Shown here: positions 13,230-25,549 of the stretch, piece after piece | Layout: every line of letters begins with the position of its first letter | Numbering within the stretch: the first letter of the stretch is position 1 | Assembly: GCF_006345805.1 (NCBI RefSeq) | Contig: NC_042997.1 | Coordinates: 75,020,001 to 75,084,000, forward strand | Direction: 5' to 3' | From: Octopus sinensis | Taxonomy: Eukaryota | DNA: 64,000 bases | Translations under genes and position numbers: made by a program | Notes under the pieces: model-generated | What the model was told of the DNA's origin: nothing | Databases searched by the model: none | Seen by the model: the letters and a program-made list of their open reading frames with translations, nothing else

Positions 13230-15080
13230 CCCTGTTTCAGTAACATGGACCTCAGCAAAGCCAACTGCATGGAAGACAGCATAAGATTCCAATTCAGAGA
13301 AACTAGCAGGTCCGAAATATCAAGACAATGCTCCTCATACAGAACTTTATAGAAGGATTGCCACCAAACACTCTAATTGCAGAGGCCCTGAAAAGTCCTG
13401 GATTTCATCAAACCATGGCTTCAATCAAAAGAAAAAGAATTCGTTCATTTGCTCATATGCTTTAATACAACTGCACATGGAGTTACTAGAGAAAATATTT
13501 GAAGAGGAAGCAAAAGGATGTAAAAGAAACAAGTGACACAATGAAATCAGGGTGATGCTGTGAAGGAGGAACAGAACAAAGCAGATATTATCACCCTGGA
13601 AAAAATGTGAATCCAAGAAGAAGAAAGCAAAGGTCCACCAGGAGAAATAAAAGAAGCCAAATACAAAGGCACAAGCAAGTAGGCAAACTGAAAATGGATG
13701 TGGGCCCAAGGTGGGTACAGAAACAAATGTAAAACAAAATAGAACTTGCGAAGACAATGGTTATGATAAAAAGAAAGCCCAACCAGTCTGCAAGTTCTAT
13801 GCAAAGGGAACCTACTGGCATGGAGACATTGGAACAGGCTGCATCTCAAGCCCCATGTGAGCGGTACTCATTTCATTCACCCCAAGACTGCTTCTAATGA
13901 CAAAGGTCTAGATCACAAGATACAATGCCACCACCATGGAAATGTGTGGATGATGCATGCACTGCTCCTAAAAGGAAACACATGGTGGATGCAGTACGGA
14001 CAGCAGCTGCTGAACAGTGTGACTCAGATGTATAAGGCAGCTGACCTGGCTTCAATAGATATCGAGTCTGAGAAACAATTACTCAAACAACAAATGAACT
14101 AGGGTGGCCATTCTTATCCTCTGCAGATGTCAAACCAGAAGCTACTACCTAAACTCTATATGACAGGAGAAAAAGGACTCATGGTGGAGTTGCAATGTAT
14201 ATCCAGGAAGATATCACTCCTGTGGTTCTGCTGTCACACTCAAACTCAGTCTGTGACACACTGGTGGTACACACTAAACAGGTGAAAATAGTAATATGTA
14301 CTACATATCACCAACCAGATGCTCCAAATTATGGGGACACATTTCAAGAGAGCCTCCAAAAAGTGAAAGAAGTGTTAACCAAACCGAATAAAAGCATGCA
14401 CATACTTCTTCTAGGAGACTTCAAACTCCTAAATGTCAAATGGCTTTCTCTCAGCTATGTCACTGTATGGCCTAAGGCATGAAGAATGATCTCACACACA
14501 TGTTCTTTATGGAGTAAATAATGTTCTACCCAACAAGAAAAGAAATGTCTTGGATTCTGCTTCACATTTGGCGCTCATCCATAATATGGTGTCACTGATG
14601 ATTTTCTCAAACCATAACTTGATAAAACTAACAATGTATGGTCTGCAGAAAACTACAGACTTCTTCAAGTACCCAACCCCTCTCCAACCTGAACTTCCAC
14701 AAAGTTCATTGGAAGGTATTGAGAAAGAGGTCATTGAACAAAACTGGTCTACCAGTCTCTCTACACAAGATGTTGACAAAAAGCTGCAGCAATTTATGGC
14801 AATCATGCACAATATGTGCAGTAAGTTTGCTCCAGAAAGAATGCCAAACCAACAGAAAAGTTTAATTCCTTGGGATAAGAAGATTCTAATTAGACAACAA
14901 GCTAAAATCTCAAATCTTCTAAATGGACCACTGAAGGATAGCAAATGATATTCTCTGAAACAAATATTGCTCCATGAAAATGAGAGGGCAGAAAAAGAAA
15001 CCAGCGCTGTCAAACATATTAAGACAAACCTTAAACCATTCTATAGATATGCAAAAGAGTCTGCTTTAGTACAGTACAAA
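13230..15080 (+). mobile_element. Degraded CR1-like LINE 5' half (CCCH-type ORF1 remnant, endonuclease, linker)
   Basis: VCKFYAKGTxxHG remnant; DRRKRTHGGVAMY, ICTTYHQP, LLGDF endonuclease motifs; KKILIRQQAK linker matches 2050-2100. Confidence 0.75.
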
Positions 15081-15989
15081 ATATAGCTACTGTTCGAAGA
15101 AAATGGCTTGTATTTTTCCTCTTGATTTTCCTCACCCCACTACATAATCTCTACCCTACTTACTCATCCCATAACCACACTTTTAATTATTTTTTGTTTC
15201 CTCATGGTATAAGCCAAAACACAAGGTATAGAAGTCACACAATGTGAAAGCTCATCTTTGATGCAAGTCTGATGAAATGCCTCTCTAATGTCTAAAACCA
15301 CTAACATTACATAAATTTTCACTTTGAATTTTTGCATAAACTAGCATTGCAAGCAAAGTTGCAGCAGAAACAATTCTAATGAATCACTAAAGATGTGTTA
15401 AAGAATTTTCTTAGTCTTCTTGTTTAAATTATTTCCACTTGGCTAAACCGACTATGCAGTGAGATTGTAGTGAAACAAGAAATTTCTATACTTGAGGAAT
15501 TCAAGCATTGGCCTGGAACCCAACAGCGTTAATAGCCCAGAATTTGAGTCGAGTGCTTCTCTGGATATATAAATTCAGCAAAATATAAGAATATTAAAAT
15601 TTTGTTTAAACATCACCATAGAAAATAAGTCATCAATTGAGTATGCAACAAAATTTCAATATAGAAGAATTGAGCACATCACTAGATTATCAGTTGAATT
15701 TAATGCACAGAAGAATAGGTGTACCATAAAGGTAAAATGAAATGAAATGAAATACTGGAATTTGTTTTTGAAGAAAACTAGAAAATTAAATACATGAACT
15801 AAATGAATACACAGAACATATATGATAAAGATTTACAACAGAAATTAAATCAAAACTTTTCACTCACATTACAGGCAAATTAAAATTATAGATAAATTAA
15901 AATTACAAGCAAATAAAAAGTAAAAACAAAGTAAATTTGGAAAATATTTATAAAATCTAATCATACATATATACAATATTCACATAATA

Positions 15990-17700
15990 TTTCTGTCATG
16001 GAAACTTGTAAAACATCCCACTCTACATACGGCAACCTTGCAGAATGTACATTGGAAAGAAGTTTCGACTGGCCATCCACTGGGAGTTTTTCTTTGTTGA
16101 TGTAGACATTCATAGCACTGTCTTTTGCGATTCTCAATTTTTTATTTTTTATGGAGATTGGCTGAACTGAGAAGGATATCTCTCTGGCAGGCTTTGGTTT
16201 TCCTTCCTGCAGTTATTTTTCTGGAGGAATAACCTGCCCTCAGCTGAGTTGCTACATCTGCTGAGAACTGCAGATGGTCGCACCACTTTCAAACCCCTCC
16301 TGATTTGGTATATAATATAAACACATTTACAATGATTGTGTTTACTATATACCAAACCATTTATTACCCAATCTACCAACTGGATAATACCTTATAATTT
16401 GGTTCAGCCAATCTACATTGCCCTGTTATAATCGAGGTTCACAAACATGGTGCCATTTTTATCTACACGTCATTGTGCACTGGTAGATAGAAAATTTATC
16501 TGCCTCTTATCTCTGTATGTGAGATTTCCTTTCTGCCATTGGATTATTTCACCTCTTTTTTATAAATTTTGTTTTTTTTTTAATGGCAGCCCTTTTCTAC
16601 TAGTAATTACTGTAGCACATATATACATTATCACAGCTTCTAAATCCACTGCAAGTTTAACGAAAGTAAAAAATATTATACTGCCCTGGTTATGGTATAG
16701 AAATGATAAATTTCAGACCAGATCGTTCCCTAGGCCATGCTGTCTAACATTATTGTCCCTTTTCCCAGTATAAAAACTAAAGCCACAGCAGTACCCCTAT
16801 TTATTTTGCAAGTTTTCCAAACTTTATCCCCAACTCCATGAGCTTTTCTGGCATATATTGTCGGAAATGAACCCTTCCTTTATACCCCACTATGCCATCA
16901 TCGACGGATAGGTATCTATCAGGATTGTAGAGGGTTTTATATGCATTTTCAATGAAGTCGACAGGAGGTCTTATTTTAAATAAAGGATCAAAGTTTGGTT
17001 CTCCATGTGCTGGGGTACTGCTAGTGTCTCTCACAAGAAAATATTGGCTCAATTTCACAAAACATATCCTTGTCAAAATACTGGAAATGTACTGGTCTCC
17101 AAAAGGTTTCTGATTACTCCAGTAATTTGTAATTCTGGGTAATTGTCTTACACCATAATAATATTTATGGAAAAATATGCCTGTATTTCTTCTATGCTTG
17201 TGAGGAACCACAAGCTATCTTTTTTTCCAGTTTGTTTATATTCTGCATAACAGTTTGTTTCCACAGTGATTGCTTGAAACAAGCTTACTGGAAAAAATAA
17301 GAAAAAAAATGTCCCCGTCACTTAGCGGTTCGGCAAAAAGAGACCGATAGAATAAGTACTGGGCTTACAAAGAATAAGTTCCGGGGTCGATTTGCTCGAC
17401 TAAAAGGCAGTGCTCCAGCATGACCGCAGTCAAAATGACTGAAACAAATAAAAGATAAAAGATAAAAGATAATGGTATAAATTTGTCCTCGCTGTTGCTA
17501 TCGGTGTTCTCTTCAGAATCGCTGCTTTCAGTTTTGGATACAGAAATATCTGATTCATTCTCATATACCACATGCTTTTGGAGTTCACTCATACATTTTC
17601 CCAATTTCCCCATATCTTCCATTGAAAAGCCCTCAAATTCAGAATAACTGTTTGATAGCATGAAACACATCCATTTTAGAAGTTGAAAGAACTTGCCAAA
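15990..17700 (-). mobile_element. Degraded piggyBac transposon interrupted by a SINE
   Basis: LSVDDGIVGYKGRVHFRQYMP...GIK; C-terminal Cys-rich domain RQCYEC...FQCTFCKVAVCRVGCFTSFH near 16020-16125; acidic Ser-rich N-terminus at 17475-17670. Confidence 0.85.
17310..17470 (+). mobile_element. 3' half of the tRNA-derived SINE family
   Basis: Matches the 3' half of the 38764-39170 copy; (GATAAAA)n tail. Confidence 0.85.
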
Positions 17701-17789
17701 GAAAATATTCTAGGATTTTGCACCTGCATTTTTCATTCAAGTTGATATATTTCTAAACTAGGCTGTCAGTAATATATCTAGGTTTATTC

Positions 17790-18700
17790 AGTAATCACTG
17801 GAAGTTCTCATTGGGTGTATGGTGGGTATTGTACAGTTTAGTTTCTAGGTTTAATACATCTACAAAGTAAGCTATTTTATTACACTTTTTGAAGGAGATA
17901 GAAAGATTAATGTTCTCAAAGAAAGCATGGAGATGTTTTCTCAGCCTTTCCACTTCAGACTGGGAACATCCAGAGGTGAGCATCATTGCTATATAGTCTA
18001 CCCCATCCCAACTTTGGAATACTCTTCTCCAATTCATATAGTCCCCACAAAATCACTCCAGAGTATCTATTCTAGAGAAAGTACATCCTTAACATAGCAA
18101 GGATTGCCTCCCAATGTCTGGTCTCTCTCTTCAGTGCTAAAAAATATTTCATCCACAACAATTATTGATACTCTACAAGACTCCGATGAAGCTAACAATG
18201 GAGTATTGCTCTTACATATGGAACAGTATTCCAACTGATTACACAGACATGCTGGACAACCTCTAGAAAAGGGCCTCATGACTTATTGGCATAAAGTCAC
18301 TAAAAGACATGCCCCAAACTTTGGCCCATAGGTATGTTGTCTCCTTTCTCTGCTTTTTACAGGTACTGTAATAGCCTTTGCTCCTCAGATCTGGTTGGGT
18401 TCATTTCCACATCTACTAAAGCACTTCCATATCACTCTTCACTCCTTTTCCCATCATTCTTATTGTGTCCAGGCTCATAGGATATGCACAAATCATTACA
18501 TCCAGTCCTTCCTTCCTAAAACACTGTCCTCCAGGAATTCTTTCCCATTTCATGTATTTTGCAACAGGAGTTGACTTAGAAAGTTTTAAGTGGAATATTA
18601 ATAGCATCAATCTTCCCATGGTTTGTCCATGGCCTTTGGAGGTCATGGGCACACCTTCCTCCAAACCCAGCAAGTAAAAGAAATAAAATGGTACAATGAA
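17790..18700 (-). mobile_element. Decayed Penelope-like RT remnant related to 25550-27880
   Basis: RLYSNDAH (equivalent to GLYRDDAL); RLRKHLHAFFENINLSISF...YFVDVLNL parallels RTRKDLHKFFSNLNLSITF...NFLDATLNL. Confidence 0.6.
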
Positions 18701-18719
18701 TCTCAAAGTATTAGTACAA

Positions 18720-19652
18720 GGTGCTTTGGATTTCTAATTTTCAGGCAACTGGATCCATACTGAAAAAAATCACCTGGCAGACCTGGAACCATTACAGCTC
18801 CAGAAAATGTGGCAGCAGCAAGAGCATCCATTCAGCAATCACCAAAGCATTCTGCTTGTAAGCATAGAAAAGTATTTGTGATACTCAGAGTTTGAGAAGA
18901 ATTCTGCATGCTGATTGGAGATTGCATCCTTACAAAATGATGTTGGTTCAAGATATAACTGAGACAAATCATAACAACTGCAGAGCCATATGTGTGAATT
19001 TTCTTGTACAAGTTCCCTCTGCAGCTGTTCTTCTGAGTACCAATGAGGCTTGTTTCCATATCAATGGAGTAGTAAATGAGCAGAAGTTTCACTACTGGGC
19101 TGAACATAATCCTCATCATCTCCACCAACAACCGCTTCACTTTCCCTGCATAGCTGTTTGATGTGCATGTACCAACTTTAGTGTAAACAACTTGTAATTT
19201 TTTGAAGAAGTGGTGCAACAGTAATTGTTACTTCTGGCTAGTAGGTTGAAATGTTGAAAGCCTTTCTGTGCTCCAGACTGGACAATTTGGATACAGAACA
19301 TGTGTGATTTCAACAGGATGGGGCCACAGCTCACACAGCATGATGTTCACTCAGCGTTGAAGGAAACGTTTCCAAAGCATTTGATCTCTTTAAGAGGAGA
19401 CGTGGAGTGGCTAGCAAGGTCATAAGATTTAAGCCCTTGTGACATTTTCCTTTGGGGATACCTTGAACTCTTGAGGATTTGAAGGAAATGATCAAAGAAG
19501 AAATCAATGCAATTCCACCTGAGATGACATGAAGAGCCTTGGGGAACCTTTTGTCTTATAATTTTTAAAACCCATTAAAACAAAACCATAGATAGCTGTG
19601 TTCTTTTTTTATATCCATTCAAAATGTGGAAGATCCTTATGTCCCACCTGTA
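18720..19652 (+). mobile_element. Degraded Tc1/mariner-superfamily transposase (DD37D/maT-like)
   Basis: LHPYKMMLVQ, STNEACFHINGVVNEQKFHYWAEHNP, FQQDGATAHTA, DLSPCDIFLWGYL motifs; ends in CACCTGTA. Confidence 0.8.
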
Positions 19653-19985
19653 TATACTGTATTGTTTTACCTGAATACGTGGGTACAATTTATAAAGGGC
19701 TGTATATGAGATAGAAAGATATTTTCTTCATTAACAATGATTAAAGAGACTTTTTTTCCATTTGGTTCCTAGTTGACAATGTGTCACTCCTCTTGCTATT
19801 CAGTGAAATATAGGTCCCCAATAACATCTCTCGATAGTTTCCCAGAAAGCATTTTAATAATTAAGCTGATTTAATAATTAGTTTAAAATTCCATAATTTA
19901 AGCTAATTTAATAATTAAAAACAGGGTGCTAAAATTGAAACATTTCAACATTGAATAAAAGAATCAACAATAAAACATAACTGAC

Positions 19986-20144
19986 CTCATTATAGAAGAC
20001 TGACATGTAATCAAGAGGAGAGTGGCTCAAATCACTACAAATAAATGACTCTAATAAAGGATCAGTTTGGGAAATAGGCTGATCAAACTTTCTGATAAAA
20101 TAGCAGGATTTTGCTGACACAGCTGCTGGCCATTTACTCAAAAC
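19986..20144 (-). CDS. Internal exon (159 nt, phase 0 to 0) of the same dynein heavy chain gene
   Basis: Acceptor ctattttacag|GTT and donor GAG|gtcagt; VLSKWP...KSCYFIRK...CSDLSHSPLDYMSVFYNE joins in frame to VMLP of the 11912 exon, like K..YF.K...GDLS..PL..LS....E|V in beta dyneins. Confidence 0.8.
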
Positions 20145-20248
20145 CTGTAAAATAGAGTGAGATAAGAATATATGTTAATAACATGCCTATCTTAATCAAG
20201 AGATTAAGTAGGCAAGTCAGACAAGAAAGGACTCAATACATTTGAATG

Positions 20249-20650
20249 TACAAGGTGGCCATAAAGTTTGGATACATAGGAAATATCATTAATCTTTTTT
20301 TTTCCACATATGAGTTGATGGACATGAGGGATTGTCACATCAACACATAGCAGATGCTTTCAATACACCTCACCCCACAAGGATCCCCATTGCCTTTCTC
20401 ACAGAGGGGAAGATAGTTAAGAAATTCAAAGAAACAGGCAGTGTCTTGGGTGAACCCCATTCTGGATATCCAACAATAATGGTTGAAATGAAAAAAGCTG
20501 GCATGGCTAGGGTTTGTTATAATACTTCACAGGACATCAAAGAAGCTGAGTGTTCACCAAAAGCATACACATCAGACACCTTAGAAAAGAGAAATTTCAT
20601 ACATACAAGTCACAAATCTGCTGCAGACAAACACAAGCCTTTTAATACAC
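20249..20650 (+). mobile_element. Tc1/mariner 5' fragment (TIR-like start plus HTH region)
   Basis: TACAAGGTGGCCATAAAGT start; KIVKKFKETGSVL...SGYP motif. Confidence 0.6.
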
Positions 20651-21012
20651 AGAGTGTGTCAGTTTTTTGAGGCCATTTCTATGAATTTAGAAAAAGATAC
20701 ATAGCTCATCAAAGAAAAGCTACATCATCTTTTTTGATGTCATTGGATTTCCTGTGAAGGAGCCATCCTTTTGGAAGAGGGGCCCTATCTTGTAATGTAG
20801 GCTGTTTCTTTGGCAATGTTAAAGAAAGCTTTAAGGTTTGACTTTATATTTTCTATAACCCAGGCTTCCTTATCTACTCCCTCTTTTTCAGGGATCGAGG
20901 CAGACTTTTCTCAATCTCTAACAGTGTTCTTTTCAGGCAGGACTTTTCACTACTTTTGAGATGTTTGTTCAGGTGGTTTGCAATCTTTGTCTGTTGTCTC
21001 ATAAGAATTTTC

Positions 21013-23916
21013 GGTTAATATAGGGCGTGACAAATATCGGAAAATCAAAAAAAAAATGTGTGTAATAGGTGTAAAACAACTTCCTATGAACGAATATGAA
21101 AAAAAAAATTCGCGCACGCGAAAGGGGGGTGGGGGAGAGGCCTCGGAAAATTCACATCGGGAAGTTCCGAAAGCGTCTGAGGGGCTGACCCGGGCACCAA
21201 AACAAAAAAAAAATTGTGTAATATGTGTAAAACAACTTGCTCTAAACGAATATGAAAAAAAAAATTCGCTCTCGAGAAAGAGGGGTGGGGGAGAGGCCTC
21301 GGAAAATTTATGTCGGGAATTTCCGAAAGCGTCTGAACCGGGCACAAAAACAAAAACAAAAACAGCGTAATAGGTGTAAAAAAAATTGCTCTAAACGACT
21401 ATCATGAAAAAAATGCGCGCTCGCGAAAGGGGGGTGGGGGAGAGGCTTCGGAAATTCACACATGAATCATAAACTCCGTATTTTTGTACATATTTCGCAA
21501 AAAAAAAAAAATAATAAAGAGAAGAAATTCTGAAATAGTGTAATATGTGTAAAACAACTTGCTCTAAACGAATATGAAAAAAAAAATGCGCTCTCGAGAA
21601 AGAGGGGTGGGGGAGAGGCTTCGGAAATTCATACATGAATCATAAACTCCGTATTTTTGTACATATTTCGCAAAAAAAAAAAAAATAAAGAGAAGAAATT
21701 CTGGAAAAAGTGAAGAAATGTTGGATCTCTGCCATGTGAATCAAAATACGTGTCAGAAACATCTTGAAATACTACAGAAATTATGTTACGAAAATGATAA
21801 TGTATACATACCTCTTTGAGTGGTCCATCGACAGTGTTGATAAAGAAATGAGATGGGTTGCGTTTAGAGGAAAAAATTATCGCGGGCCAGGATAAAACTT
21901 AACGCTTGTGTATCTACGACTGAAATGAATATATGAACTTGTTCTGTACCAAGGAGCGGAAATCCTCCACACCAGAAGAATGGATGAGTAAACACTGGTC
22001 AATGAAAGGTCAGTCTTTTGTCTTGAATAGAACTTGTTACCAACTATCGTCTTGTAAACAACTGTTCTTAGACAAAAGACTGACCTTTCTTGAATAGAAC
22101 TTGGTACCAACTATCGTCTTGTAAACAACTGTTCTTAGACAAAAGACTGACCTTTCATTGACCAGTGTTTACTCATCCATTCTTCTGGTGTGGAGGATTT
22201 CCCGCTCCTTGGTACAGAACAAGTTCATATATTCATTTCAGTCGTAGATACACAAGCGTTAAGTTTTATGATAGAGAGTGGCCCTTTGCAATTCATGTGA
22301 ATTAACATTACAGGATGGGATTCGCCGATTTACTAATGACATTGAGGCATTGGATTTTTTTCGAAAACATAATATCATTCCCCGCACAGTTGACTGCCCT
22401 AGATGCAATTTACCATGTACATTGCAAGGAAATACAAACATCTTCCGATGTGGAAGGACTGTTCGCCGTCGAAGGCAACGGCCAACACAATGTCGATATT
22501 CAATATCCCTATACAGCAATACATTTTTGGGGAAGAGCCAGCTATCACCAGGTCAAATCTTGTTATTTGTAAATTACTTCCTCATAGACGGTTGGTCGCA
22601 CTCATTAGCCGTTGAAAATTTGAAAATTTCGTATTCGACCTCAATCGATTGGCGATCCTTCTGCTCCGAGGTTTGTCAACATTGGGTAGAGAATTACCAG
22701 GACCAAATCGGTGGACCAGGAGTTGAAGTGGAGATCGACGAATCTGTTATTGTAAGGAGGAAATACAATCGAGGAAGACTGACAAAAACTATCTGGCTCT
22801 TCGGTGGAATCGAGCGGGTAGCCAAAAAGAAATTTTTGATACCTCTTTCATCTGAGTGTGGTGAAGAGGAAAGGCGAGATGCCGCCACACTGATCCCCTT
22901 AATTACCCGATATATACGCCAAGGGTCGGTAGTATATAGTGATTCTTGGGGTGCTTATAACTCTCTTGGAAATATCGGGTATACTCACTTCCGCGTCAAC
23001 CACAGCGAAAACTTTGTGGATCCGACAAACACGTCGGTGCACACGCAGACAATAGAGAGATTGTGGGGGTCAGTGAAGAAATCGGTTGTTCGCCCAGGCA
23101 TTCGTGCCTGTTACCTAAAACAATACATGGCGAAGTTCCTTTTTTTGGACAGCATCAGACCTGCTGCCAAGAGAATACACGTATTCTTATTGGCAGCAGC
23201 AAGTCTTTATCCTGGCCCGCGATAATTTTTTCCTCCAAACGCAACCCATCTCATTTCTTTATCAACACTGTCGATGGACCACTCAAAGAGGTATGTATAC
23301 ATTATCATTTTCGTAACATAATTTCTGTAGTATTTCAAGATGTTTCTGACACGTATTTTGATTCACATGGCAGAGATCCAACATTTCTTCACTTTTTCCA
23401 GAATTTCTTCTCTTTATTATTTTTTTTTTTGCGAAATATGTACAAAAATACGGAGTTTATGATTCATGTGTGAATTTCCGAAGCCTCTCCCCCACCCCCC
23501 TTTCGCGAGCGCGCATTTTTTTCATGATAGTCGTTTAGAGCAATTTTTTTTACACCTATTACGCTGTTTTTGTTTTTGTTTTTGTGCCCGGTTCAGACGC
23601 TTTCGGAAATTCCCGACATAAATTTTCCGAGGCCTCTCCCCCACCCCTCTTTCTCGAGAGCGAATTTTTTTTTTCATATTCGTTTAGAGCAAGTTGTTTT
23701 ACACATATTACACAATTTTTTTTTTGTTTTGGTGCCCGGGTCAGCCCCTCAGACGCTTTCGGAACTTCCCGATGTGAATTTTCCGAGGCCTCTCCCCCAC
23801 CCCCCTTTCGCGTGCGCGAATTTTTTTTTTCATATTCGTTCATAGGAAGTTGTTTTACACCTATTACACACATTTTTTTTTTGATTTTCCGATATTTGTC
23901 ACGCCCTATATTAACC
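21013..23916 (+). mobile_element. Merlin-superfamily (IS1595-related) DNA transposon with very long modular TIRs
   Basis: Ends GGTTAATATAGGGCG / CGCCCTATATTAACC; 8-bp TSD GAATTTTC at 21005-21012 and 23917-23924; arms about 21013-21900 and 23201-23916; central transposase. Confidence 0.95.
22278..23225 (+). CDS. Merlin/ISXO2-like DDE transposase, 315-codon open frame, no in-frame 5' ATG
   Basis: Zn-ribbon Cys40/43/58/72; IGGPGVEVEIDES (D154), RKYNRGR, WLFGGIER, VYSDSW (D222), VNHSENFVDP, HTQTIERLW (E260); the only Met is residue 284. Confidence 0.9.
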   Translation: MALCNSCELTLQDGIRRFTNDIEALDFFRKHNIIPRTVDCPRCNLPCTLQGNTNIFRCGRTVRRRRQRPTQCRYSISLYSNTFLGKSQLSPGQILLFVNYFLIDGWSHSLAVENLKISYSTSIDWRSFCSEVCQHWVENYQDQIGGPGVEVEIDESVIVRRKYNRGRLTKTIWLFGGIERVAKKKFLIPLSSECGEEERRDAATLIPLITRYIRQGSVVYSDSWGAYNSLGNIGYTHFRVNHSENFVDPTNTSVHTQTIERLWGSVKKSVVRPGIRACYLKQYMAKFLFLDSIRPAAKRIHVFLLAAASLYPGPR

Positions 23917-25549
23917 GAATTTTCTTCTCCCCAGGAATCTTGTTTGTGTGTGTGTGTTCTGGGACAGATCTGTCACATATGGCTTGCATTACGGACATGA
24001 AATGTTTGAAGCTTGATGTCAATGTCTGGTGTGGAAAGACATTTAAGCCAACCTTGTTTCAGAATCTTTCTCAATTGACATCCATTCAGCTGTGCTTTGT
24101 ACAGGCTGTATGGCTGTAGGGGCTTTTGGTTAATCTATTATGTTGTGATCTGAGACTAGTGCCAGTGTCACTTTCATATTATGGATGACATCCATATTGT
24201 GAAGCAGAGATCTAGTATATTATTTACCTTGGTTGGTTGCAGCACAATTTGCTCCATGAATGAAGCATTGCTAAGGTGGATCAGGGACACTACCAGTACT
24301 TGTTGGCAATATGTCATTCCTAAGACTATTAAGCTCTCAGACCATCCCACAAAGAAAAACACTGATGTGTTGCTCTAGTTTGGTGAGAACTTTTATCTTT
24401 GCAAGGCAGTCCTCAAACTTACCTCTGTGATTTGGAATAGCTGGTGGGCAATATGTAGTACATATAACAAGTTGTATGTTGTGTACAATTTGAGTATCGC
24501 ACACTGAATTTGAATATGACAGCAGAACCTGAGGTATGAGGTCCTCTCATATGTATACTGCAACTCCACCAGGGCTCCTTTCTTTTCTGCCTATTCATAT
24601 TGCAACATATTTTGGTGTGTGTACATCTGCATCCCCTATATCAGGTCTTAGATGCATTTCCACAAACGCTAAGCATAGAGCTTGATTGCATGTAGCAAGG
24701 TCTCTCTGGAAAGAGATTTCTGTTTTGCAGTTGAGGTGCAACAGACCTCTGATGTTTAAAAGCAATATTTGTGTAATGCCTGTGTTGGTGTTCATGGTGG
24801 CCATCCTGTATCAGTTGTATGTGGTGGTGGGTGTGGTTTCAAGTTTGTGCTTGTAGCCAGGTCAGCTGCTGTACAATCTATTGTGCCATACACAAAAACG
24901 AGTTTTGTTCAGCTGCTACCTTTTTCACATCTCGATGAGGCTGGCTGTGTGTTGGGGCACATACTATATCTGCATATCATCTTTGGGGAGTAGACAGTGT
25001 GCAGTTTTTTCTTCTTTGGTGTCTTTCCTTTTGTCCTCTTCCTGGAAAGATGTTTTGTTTTAGGCCCATGCAGTTTTGGTAGGGTTTGGTAGTTTGCACT
25101 ATCATCATCGTGTCAACAGTTTCCTTGCAGGTAAAATCTGCATATGCTTTTGCTTTTACTTTCTTTTGTACCTCCTGTTTCTTTTGTTGGAGATCTAGCA
25201 AAAGTTCTTTGTTTTTTTTCCATTTCCTTTTCTTTTAACCCCTTGCTCTCCCTTTTTCTGAGAGCTTTTGCTTTGTCATTTATGACCTTTTGTTTTCTTC
25301 CTTTTCCAGCCCTCTCAAATCTTTGATTGTCTACTGTAGTGAGGGGGAGGGCCAGTATCAGTGTTTCTTTCATTTGCAGGCCTCTCAGTTGTGGCTTTGG
25401 ATTTGCTCTTTTGAGGGACCAGTGGGACCTTGAGGATTTTTTGTTCCTTTTCACTTTCTCCATTCTTTTTGACATCCTTGCTACAATCAGTTCCCAGAAT
25501 GGCATCAAGGATGTCAATGTGCTGTCTAATGAGATCATAGAAATTTGAA

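Noticed and set aside
15492-15560. 69-nt minus-strand candidate exon with AG/GT borders between the dynein exons
   Set aside because: It has a stop in the required phase-0 frame, and the flanking exons already join without a gap relative to homologues.
21056-22155. CRISPR-like array from the 150-170-bp and 67-bp repeats
   Set aside because: These are tandem units without unique spacers, with no cas genes, in a eukaryotic context.
22278-23225. Bacterial IS1595 contamination or a genuine GTG-initiated prokaryotic gene
   Set aside because: The element is embedded with a TSD in a eukaryotic CR1-like LINE; the motifs and long TIRs fit eukaryotic Merlin; the GTG start comes from the ORF caller.
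20950-24000. Identical ORF pairs on opposite strands (e.g. 21056..21370 and 23559..23873)
   Set aside because: They are by-products of the Merlin inverted arms, with no coding signature.
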